DNA of 62,769 nt, the filler included, from Aduncisulcus paluster (lineage: Eukaryota), in assembly GCA_024181965.1 (NCBI GenBank). It is 6 parts of 6 records of this genome, joined end to end, with 100 filler letters (N's around TTAATTAATTAA, not from the genome) between each part and the next. Parts side by side here need not be neighbours in the genome. Positions count along the whole stretch, not along the records: positions 54,652 to 58,762 come from BQXS01011137.1; positions 58,863 to 62,769 come from BQXS01011142.1; 4 more parts are not named here. One strand, given 5' to 3'. This document shows positions 55,198 through 62,769 of the stretch, piece after piece. Under the pieces are notes generated by a model. It ran no database searches. It had not been told where the DNA came from and saw only the letters and a program-made list of their open reading frames with translations. How positions within the stretch are numbered: the first letter of the stretch is position 1; each line of letters starts with the position of its first letter. Both the position numbers and the translations under genes were made by a program.

Positions 55198-55488
55198 TAT
55201 GGGTTCAAAAAAGAACAAGACACCATTGATGATGTTGAAAGGATTTATTTTTAGAAATCATCATTTTCCAGGGGTTGGCCCGAAAGAATAGCATGCAAAA
55301 AGAACGATATCTCACGTATACAATCACAGAAAGACATTTAGAACTCGTATATCGAGTTGATGAAAGCAACAATAAGGGCGAGAACTCGCCAAGAAAAATA
55401 CATCAAGGATGGAGGGATATTTTGAAATAATCCAGTAAAAACACCACTGCTTAATATATTCAGCGTTTTATTCCAATTTAACCTTTGA

Positions 55489-55563
55489 GTTCACATCCAC
55501 CACTGGCTGTGGCTTGATGCCACTAGCATCCCGGACGGAGTGGGCCACTGGCAGTGAACACGA
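55489..55563. ncRNA. Candidate small structured ncRNA (GC-rich hairpin)
   Basis: 61% GC over 71 nt. Nested stems GTTCAC/GTGAAC, CCACT/AGTGG and GTGGC/GCCAC; no convincing ORF. Confidence 0.4.
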
Positions 55564-55748
55564 GATGAAAAATATAATGAATAAAAGAAGTACCAAAAAA
55601 ATTCCGAGATGGTTTGCGACTCGAATTGTTGTGGGATGAGTTTCTGAAAAGAAGTTTCTAGTTTTGTGAAATTTGGGAGTAGGATCGAAAGATTAATAAA
55701 AATTTCTTTATTATTTGGTTTTTTCATTTTATTTATGCTCTATTTATT

Positions 55749-56978
55749 ATGGTTTTTGAAACTCAAGCATGGAGAATTGTAAGTTCAATTATTTGTGAAC
55801 AGTACACACAAAGTTTTATGGTCGATTTTGAAGATATTCTTGAATGGCCTGGGGATTCCGATGTGGTATGCTGTGTACCCTTTAGATGGATTTATATGAT
55901 CCTTGTTGTACTCTGTGGAATTGGTGCGATTCTATTCGGCTTCATCGTCTGGTGTTGTGGTATCAAACTTGAATTTGGAAATTTAGCGTTATTTTCAAAT
56001 AACCTTACAAAGTCTATTAAATTTGATGAGATATATTACCCAGGATTCAAATTGACCAATCCATGGGGCGATTTTGTAACATTTCCAACTACAATACAAT
56101 CAGTTAACATCTCTTCACTTCCAATCCGTCCAAAAGATAGTTCCGAATCAAATTTTTCTCTCTACATCATGTATCGTTTCCCCGAAATCACTCCCGAGCA
56201 AGGAGAGTATATAGTTAAAACATATTACACGATTGAAAATCTTGCTAAGCATCTTACTAATAGATTTAGACAAGTTTTAGTTGATACCGTTTCGCAATAT
56301 AGCCTTGACACCCATTGGCTCCCTGATGGTGATTCGTGTGATGCTGACAATCCTTGCCGTACCACTCTTCTAGACGCGTTACAGTCTTCCCTAGAAGATG
56401 TATGTAGTCCTCTTGGGTGTGATATCTATGAATTCTTGTTATACCCACCTGATGTGAGTGACGCTATTGAGGATAGTATTACCGAGCGGGCTGTGTTTGT
56501 ACAAGGCATTCAAAATCAAATTAAACGACATGGTGATTCAGATGAGGGGATCACGGGTCTTCAGGAGGTTGTCAACGAAAATAACGTCTCTGAAGCGCAA
56601 GGAGAATTGGATGCCAGAAATACGGAGCTTGAAGGAGACCTTGAAGCAAGCATGCTTATCACTGATGCGTCTTCACTTGGTCTTCTTGTCGAATCATATG
56701 GAGATTCTATCCCGATCTTCCGTATGCTCTGTGATACACCCCCTGACGGATGGAAGGATAAAATCAAAGATAACGAGTGTCTTCCCGATCCTACAGACCA
56801 CGCGGCTGACAATTTTATATACCAAGCCATGACAGAGTTTGATACTCTTGAATCTTTCATGGCATGTGACAATATTGTTGGTAGTGAGGATACTGTGTCT
56901 GATTCTGAACGGATCATGGATTTAAAGATTCTTGAATCTATTCGGAATGGATTCAATGAGGCCATTTTCGAGGTGTGA
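55749..56978 (+). CDS. SPFH/Band-7 family membrane protein
   Basis: N-terminal TM helix, PG..L.NPW..FVTFPTTIQSV, R.VLVDTVSQYS...R, then a coiled-coil segment. Confidence 0.65.
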   Translation: MVFETQAWRIVSSIICEQYTQSFMVDFEDILEWPGDSDVVCCVPFRWIYMILVVLCGIGAILFGFIVWCCGIKLEFGNLALFSNNLTKSIKFDEIYYPGFKLTNPWGDFVTFPTTIQSVNISSLPIRPKDSSESNFSLYIMYRFPEITPEQGEYIVKTYYTIENLAKHLTNRFRQVLVDTVSQYSLDTHWLPDGDSCDADNPCRTTLLDALQSSLEDVCSPLGCDIYEFLLYPPDVSDAIEDSITERAVFVQGIQNQIKRHGDSDEGITGLQEVVNENNVSEAQGELDARNTELEGDLEASMLITDASSLGLLVESYGDSIPIFRMLCDTPPDGWKDKIKDNECLPDPTDHAADNFIYQAMTEFDTLESFMACDNIVGSEDTVSDSERIMDLKILESIRNGFNEAIFEV

Positions 56979-57375
56979 CGATACTCGACGCCTCGGATAT
57001 CTATTATTGCTCCATATATGTGAACATATTGATTCATGTATTTAATATACTTGCTAACATCTCTCAGTCACTCTCTTTTCCACCCTTTGATTTATTTTAT
57101 TTTTCAAATATAACAACTTACATACCTGATTGAACTATTTCAGTGTGCAGCAAAGCTGTATCAACACATTTTGTGCGCAGAGTTTTGCCGTCAAATAAAT
57201 AAATGTAAAACAACTAAACATTACCGTTGTGATTTTTTTATTTTTATGGAATCGTCACAGAGTTGACTCAACTCTAGTCGGGCCAATTTAGACTGAGAAG
57301 CCGGAAATGGCGTTTTTCTTGGAATATCAAACGAAAAACTCACCAAATCTCAAATTTTTAGTTGTTATTTTCATC

Positions 57376-58095
57376 ATGCATCCAGGATCCAAACTTAGAA
57401 CTTCTGCAGCTTTGCAAGATATTGACCCAACAGGTGAATTGCGTCGTGAACGGGAAAAAAGGGAACAACGCCGTAAAAGATTTGAGGATTCATTCAAAGA
57501 AGCTATGTTAGCAATTGAAAATGATACAACCGTCATTGTAGACGATGATGATCCAGCCCAACGTGCTCCGAAATATGAAGAAATGCAACCTCAGGAAGGA
57601 GCCAAAGATTTTGATGACGATGAATTAGATGAATTTTTTGAAGGTGAAGACGACGCAGAACAAAAATATAGACTTAAACAAAAACAGGAAGAAGAGAGGA
57701 AGATCCAAAATATGAAAGGACTTATTTTAAAGGAAGCCCAAGCTTTTATTTATCATACGATGTTTCGAGTGCAACATCGAGTTCAAAACAAATCGTCTTG
57801 TAAGAAACTTGCAAGTGATCTCTCTGAGAATCTTTTTGATCTGTATGTTGAAAATAATCGAAAGCGTGGGAAAGATCCATATCGTTTTATCCTTACTAAG
57901 GTAATTGGAAAGAATATTGATTCTTATATTGAACTCTGGTTTGATGGTAAGATAGGTGAGAGGAAAGGAGAGGGGAAATTGGATTGTTTCCCTCCAGGAA
58001 TGTCATGTATTCTAAGCAGTGATGCGCATGAATCAGACGATAAGGAAGACGAACTTCTTGATCAAGATGAACCAGCAGAAGACTTCTTTTTCTAA
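57376..58095 (+). CDS. Acidic hypothetical protein
   Basis: Open frame 57307-58095; the likely start is MHPGSK at 57376. Charged helical composition. Confidence 0.75.
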   Translation: MHPGSKLRTSAALQDIDPTGELRREREKREQRRKRFEDSFKEAMLAIENDTTVIVDDDDPAQRAPKYEEMQPQEGAKDFDDDELDEFFEGEDDAEQKYRLKQKQEEERKIQNMKGLILKEAQAFIYHTMFRVQHRVQNKSSCKKLASDLSENLFDLYVENNRKRGKDPYRFILTKVIGKNIDSYIELWFDGKIGERKGEGKLDCFPPGMSCILSSDAHESDDKEDELLDQDEPAEDFFF

Positions 58096-58393
58096 ACTGA
58101 ATGCGTGTTTCGATTTTTATCCGTTCAGAAAGAATGTCATCATTTGGTGTTTTTACTGGATTATTTCAAAATATCCCTCCATCCTTGATGTATTTTTCTT
58201 GGCGAGTTCTCGCCCTTATTGTTGCTTTCATCAACTCGATATACGAGTTCTAAATGTCTTTCTGTGATTGTATACGTGAGATATCGTTCTTTTTGCATGC
58301 TATTCTTTCGGGCCAACCCCTGGAAAATGATGATTTCTAAAAATAAATCCTTTCAACATCATCAATGGTGTCTTGTTCTTTTTTGAACCCATA

Positions 58394-58762
58394 ATGAACA
58401 AACTCAGTGTTGAAGACGTTAATTTCGAAGGTAAGCGTGTTGTTATGCGGTATGTAGCCCATTGATCTTGTTATTTTATTCCTTTTATGACGACTTTCTG
58501 ATCGTTCTCTTTTTCCTACCTCATTTCATATTTGATTGCACCAATTTAGTTGTGATTACAACGTTCCCCTTGATAAAGCCGGCAAGATTACCAACAATGA
58601 ACGTATTACTGCCACCCTCCCCACAATCAACCATATCATGAGCCAAAAGCCCCACAGTCTTGTTCTTATGAGCCATCTTGGTCGTCCCAAGGGTAAGCGT
58701 TGCCCCGAGTATTCTCTTGAGGTTGTTGCTGCCGAGCTCACAGCTCTTCTTAAGACTGAGGT
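58394..58762 (+). CDS. PGK: Phosphoglycerate kinase copy 2 (3'-truncated; intron 58450-58549)
   Basis: Same sequence as copy 1 in the opposite orientation. Confidence 0.95.
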
Positions 58763-58862
58763 NNNNNNNNNNNNNNNNNNNNNNNNNNNNNNNNNNNNNN
58801 NNNNNNTTAATTAATTAANNNNNNNNNNNNNNNNNNNNNNNNNNNNNNNNNNNNNNNNNNNN
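58763..58862. other. Artificial contig spacer
   Basis: N44-TTAATTAATTAA-N44. Confidence 0.97.
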
Positions 58863-58879
58863 AATAGAAACGATTTCAC

Positions 58880-60061
58880 TCAAGGGGTTGATTCAGATGT
58901 CCCTGATGAGATTTGATTATCCTCAGTGCAACTCTCTTGAATGGATGTCACAACTTGCATAATATCATCATCTAATTCTACTCCATTTTCCCTACATATG
59001 TGAAACATTCTTACAACAGTGGCTCTCAACAAAGTCAGATCAATTTTAGCGAGATCAAGAAGCCTGAATAAAGTAACATTATCACACGATTGAGTTTCAA
59101 ATGAAGAAAGTGTATCCGAATCAAACATCAATTTACGGCCAGCCTGCCCACTAATCTCGGTCCCACTAGCACTGACATGAGCATTGGAGACACCACTATG
59201 TGGGAAAGATGAGGTCTCTGTCTCCGAAAAGCCAATGCTCTCCCCTTCACCATCTCCAGACTCGTCTCCAACAGGGCCAGCGTGATGCCTCGATTCTTGT
59301 TGTTGCTGATGATCTCCCTTATATCCTTTAGAAATGCTTTTAATTGGGGCTGATACTCCTCCCTTATCACTTTGTCCTGTTGGATGCTGGCGTCTAGAGT
59401 CAATAGCTGCATGTGATGACGATGAAGAAGATTTCTTGCATGGAGGGGCACTGGACTTCTTGGAAGACGATTGTTTCACTGCAGTCTGTACCTTGTTTGG
59501 TGGAATTCTAGGATTAGAGAAAAGGAAATGATGGAAGGGACCAGATTCGTTACCATCGAGAGGAGAAGCTCGCACTTCATGAGCCTCTCTCTCTTCGCTA
59601 CCTTCAACAGAGGCTTCAAGGGGACGTTGACATTCCTGAGATGAGCGGCTATCAAGTGCGGAACGGTGAAGTTCAGCTTTCGAAGTCGAGAATGTAGGAT
59701 AAGATATCCTTTCTTTTCGCCGAGAAGAAAGAAGTGGTGATTGTAATGAATCTCTAATTGATAATCTTGGGGAGGATAAGAAGGGTTCCTTAATTGGGGC
59801 TTTCGCTGATGCCGATATCTTGGCAGATAATGCAAAAAAAGAAGCTGAGATGTCTCTATCTTCTAGAGCAGTTTTTTCACTTGGTGAAGTCAAGCTTTCT
59901 CCATTTTGTTGTGTAGATGATGATGATTTTCTAAGAGAATCTTTATATTTAGCCCACAAGTCAGATAACCTTGGCTTCGACCCTTTTGAACGGCTAAATA
60001 AAACATCATGGGCTTGCTGCCGCATAGATTTCGAATATTCTGTTTTATCTTCGGAAAACAT
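58880..60061 (-). CDS. Ser-rich hypothetical protein with short helical C-terminal domain
   Basis: 393-aa ORF; no family recognised. Confidence 0.75.
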   Translation of the reverse strand: MFSEDKTEYSKSMRQQAHDVLFSRSKGSKPRLSDLWAKYKDSLRKSSSSTQQNGESLTSPSEKTALEDRDISASFFALSAKISASAKAPIKEPFLSSPRLSIRDSLQSPLLSSRRKERISYPTFSTSKAELHRSALDSRSSQECQRPLEASVEGSEEREAHEVRASPLDGNESGPFHHFLFSNPRIPPNKVQTAVKQSSSKKSSAPPCKKSSSSSSHAAIDSRRQHPTGQSDKGGVSAPIKSISKGYKGDHQQQQESRHHAGPVGDESGDGEGESIGFSETETSSFPHSGVSNAHVSASGTEISGQAGRKLMFDSDTLSSFETQSCDNVTLFRLLDLAKIDLTLLRATVVRMFHICRENGVELDDDIMQVVTSIQESCTEDNQISSGTSESTP

Positions 60062-60379
60062 TCAAAATAATAAATCAGTAGTGCCAAAATGCCTCACTTT
60101 GACTTATTCGCATATCTTCATTTTGAATTTATTCAGACCCTTATAGAATTCATTTACCGTTCTTTCTAATCAATAATTTTCAATTAAATTTTATTGTAAT
60201 TTCACGATTTCGCAAATTAACCATATCTCCTACATTTATTTAATCGAACAAACATGATTATATTGTACAAATATAATATGTACTATTTAGATTATACCAT
60301 ATTGAAACGTACTCATACACTTGCTATTTGACAAATTCTAGAGAAAAAAATCATCAATATCGTTTTTACTTGCAAAATC

Positions 60380-62083
60380 ATGGGAAGCTCATGTTCTAAA
60401 GTTGATAAAAATACAGATAATGCAGCTAGTTCTCCTTCAATACCAAAAAATATTGATAATATTGAAGATATCAAAGTAGAACAAAAAGATGCCACGTCTC
60501 CCACAATTTCCAATCCCAAAAAGAGTGAACATAATGAATATGATGTTGAAGAAGAAGAAGAAGAGGAAGAAGAAGAGTCTGAGACAACATCTTCCTCTTC
60601 CTCAATATCTAACAAAAGATCTTCAAAGCCTGTTGAAGTCGAATCAAAGAAAGTTTTCAAAGAGCAAACAAAAGCATCAGTCACAATAACAAAGTCAATC
60701 ACATCAATATCCTCTACCACCTCTTCTGATAAACCTACGATATCACCTCCAAAACCCAAACCTGTGAGTGTTCCACTGTCATTGATTGAAACTCTTCGTC
60801 AACAAAGTGAAGGTTCCATTCCATTGAAAAAAGAGTCATTTTTGGGACCATCTGAAGAGGACATTCGTAAAATGGAGAAAGAATCTAAGAAGATTCTCAA
60901 CGCCCTCTCAAAACCATTATCGCATGAAATTGCTTTCCAAGAGGTTGTTCGTCGAGTTGGCGGTGAGTTGAAGATTCTGGACGATCTTGTTGCTGAAATG
61001 GGCATTGAGGGAGTCACTGAAATCGATTTCTTAGCTGATTTTGGAGATTTATCAACGGTAGAAGCAAGAAGTGTGCGGCAACAAGTTGAAAGAATGAAAA
61101 GACTTGAGAGATTCATTGCCTCACCCATCCTGAATGAAATTACATCAGTGGAAGCTCGGTGTGAAATTATAGCATCATTACCATCATTACAATGTCTTGA
61201 AGAGCTATTTGTTTCTGTTGGCTCTGCCGCTGAAGCTGATTATTTGTCAACAGTATTCTCCCATCTTCCATCCCTCTCGATCCTTCGAATTGATTTCCGT
61301 GGATGCACTCCCGATATCTGCGCAAGGAGGCTCATATCTTCACTTTCTCATCTTGAAGAACTGACGAGTCTTAGTATCGGTTCCCTTGTGGATGGAGATC
61401 TCAGTTTGAAGGCTTTGGGATCAATAATTGCCAGTTTACCTTGTCTTCGAGAATTGAATTTGTTTTCTCTCAATAATGTTAATTACGATGGAATGCAGAG
61501 CGTATGTGAATGTATTGGAGATGAACTCGAAGAATTACGTTCATTTTCATGTGACATGGTGACCCTTGACGATGATATGTGTAGATGTATAGGTGACATG
61601 CTTAAGGAACGAAGGAAAACACTCCGACGTCTCACTCTCTCAGCTTGCTCCATGACATCTGAAGGAGTGAAGATTATAGCTTCTAGGGGACTTAAACATC
61701 TCCGGTATTTGACCGATCTTGACCTGGCGTATTCCGGCGTTGATTGCGACTGCATCAAGAACCTAATGGAAGCCATTGCATCCTGTTCTGAGCTCGAAGT
61801 CTTAGCTTTACAAGGAAATAAGATCGACGACATGGGAGCCTTGGTTATTTCCAAGGTTGTGAGTGACCAACTCTTGAAACTTGACGAACTCAATCTTTAT
61901 TCAAATTCAATTGGAAAAAGTGGAATGCGGGAGTTGACAAGAGTGTTATCAGAGCATCCCACGATATCTCGTGTCTATTTGGGGGACAATTCAAAAGCTG
62001 AAGATGATTCTGAGATTAAATCCTTGATGGAAAATGTCGAAGATGTATGCAGAAGAAGAGCTCACAAAATGCTTGGGGGATAA
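60380..62083 (+). CDS. Ribonuclease-inhibitor-type LRR protein with predicted N-terminal dual acylation
   Basis: MGSSCSK (Gly2 myristoylation, Cys5 palmitoylation pattern); ~28-aa LRRs such as LEVLALQGNKIDDMGALVIS. Confidence 0.85.
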   Translation: MGSSCSKVDKNTDNAASSPSIPKNIDNIEDIKVEQKDATSPTISNPKKSEHNEYDVEEEEEEEEEESETTSSSSSISNKRSSKPVEVESKKVFKEQTKASVTITKSITSISSTTSSDKPTISPPKPKPVSVPLSLIETLRQQSEGSIPLKKESFLGPSEEDIRKMEKESKKILNALSKPLSHEIAFQEVVRRVGGELKILDDLVAEMGIEGVTEIDFLADFGDLSTVEARSVRQQVERMKRLERFIASPILNEITSVEARCEIIASLPSLQCLEELFVSVGSAAEADYLSTVFSHLPSLSILRIDFRGCTPDICARRLISSLSHLEELTSLSIGSLVDGDLSLKALGSIIASLPCLRELNLFSLNNVNYDGMQSVCECIGDELEELRSFSCDMVTLDDDMCRCIGDMLKERRKTLRRLTLSACSMTSEGVKIIASRGLKHLRYLTDLDLAYSGVDCDCIKNLMEAIASCSELEVLALQGNKIDDMGALVISKVVSDQLLKLDELNLYSNSIGKSGMRELTRVLSEHPTISRVYLGDNSKAEDDSEIKSLMENVEDVCRRRAHKMLGG

Positions 62084-62311
62084 TAGATCGAAGATTATTA
62101 ATTCAATTAATTGGTTGCATTAAATGTCATTTTAAATCATTATATTGGCGTTATAAACATTGATTTTTCTTATTTTCTCAACTCTTCGGGTGCCAGCCTC
62201 TTCGAGTGAGAAATATTTGTCGTTATCAGTTCGTAGAATAAAGTCTTAATTAATATTAGTGTTAATAAACACTTCTTATTAAGAAATTATGTTCAATGAG
62301 AACTAAAGAAC

Positions 62312-62713
62312 TTATTCAGTGTCACCAGCCTTCTTGGAAGCGAAGTATTTGGAGACAGCCTTGTTTCCTTCACCGACAGCGTGCATAGCAAGCTCTCCAG
62401 GGAACTCAAGCTTGACGGCGGTAGCAACCTCATCAGCAGTGAGAGTGGTACGCTTGTTCATACGGACGAGCTCGGAAGAACGAGAAGCAACACGAGTGAA
62501 AAGATCGTTAACCATGGAGTTCATGATAGCCATACCCTTGTTGGTGATACCGAACTTCTCTCCGTGAACATCACGAAGAACACGGTAAATGTAAGAGTGG
62601 AAGGTCTCGATCCTCTTCTTCTTGGAGGTTCTCTTCTCACCGGTTCCCTTGGATTCGGTCTTGGAAGTCTTGGCGGTTTTGGTGGATTTAGTTCCTTTTT
62701 CTCCTCTAGCCAT
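62312..62713 (-). CDS. H2B: Histone H2B
   Basis: KKKRIETFHSYIYRVLRDVH...GITNKGMAIMNSMVNDLF.R...TAVKL..PGELA.HAV.EG.KAVSKY. Confidence 0.97.
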   Translation of the reverse strand: MARGEKGTKSTKTAKTSKTESKGTGEKRTSKKKRIETFHSYIYRVLRDVHGEKFGITNKGMAIMNSMVNDLFTRVASRSSELVRMNKRTTLTADEVATAVKLEFPGELAMHAVGEGNKAVSKYFASKKAGDTE

Positions 62714-62769
62714 TTGAAATGATTTTAACTACAAATATTAGTCAAAGAAGAGGCCTGTAGTGGAGATGA

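Larger units (their letters stand above)
54829..58762. repeat. Inverted repeat arms 54829-55446 and 58145-58762 around a 2.7-kb unique spacer
   Basis: The arms read as reverse complements over 618 bp (upstream region, exon 1, intron, exon 2), and both run into contig ends. Confidence 0.93.

Noticed and set aside
55489-55559. tRNA (Ser/Sec) or twister ribozyme
   Set aside because: There is no T-loop or cloverleaf and the anticodon loop is non-canonical. Twister-like CACUGCC...AGUGG is present on the minus strand, but the conserved UAA and the pseudoknot partner are missing.
54652-58762. DNA transposon with terminal inverted repeats
   Set aside because: The arms are a PGK gene and there is no transposase. 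No mobile element or CRISPR array is supported anywhere in the window.
10994-58862. Recurring TTAATTAATTAA motif as a biological repeat
   Set aside because: It is always centred in an exact 100-nt N block, so it is an artificial six-frame-stop linker. Gene neighbourhoods across it are meaningless.
62270-62311. Histone 3' stem-loop after H2B
   Set aside because: Only a 4-bp GTTC/GAAC hairpin is present, which does not match the 6-bp stem, 4-nt loop consensus.

Overview
This window is gene-dense, AT-rich eukaryotic DNA from a flagellated protist. It uses the standard genetic code and has short spliceosomal GT-AG introns. The style suggests a free-living metamonad (Aduncisulcus/Carpediemonas-like), but that is inference only. 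It is not one locus: five artificial 100-nt spacers (N44-TTAATTAATTAA-N44) join six contigs (1-10993, 11094-15728, 15829-26631, 26732-54551, 54652-58762, 58863-62769). Six 20-N gaps also carry duplicated flanks (unmerged overlaps) that split real genes. Recognisable genes are RNase Z (ELAC2), MAK16 exon 1, a FAM120/asteroid-like protein, an RRM protein, a PQ-loop transporter, DNAAF11, PCID2, a coiled-coil kinase, TPGS2, an Sfi1-like protein, a GH13 alpha-amylase, an SPFH protein, an acylated LRR protein, two PGK copies and histone H2B. The ORF track misses or breaks several things: a >3,570-aa atypical midasin-like AAA+/VWA protein filling the first 11 kb, a ~3,160-aa secreted LRR/Cys-module super-repeat protein, and a 46-aa His/Pro-rich CaaX microprotein behind a 5-nt micro-exon. 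It also cannot show the inverted PGK duplication flanking a 2.7-kb cassette or two GC-rich structured intergenic islands that are candidate ncRNAs.
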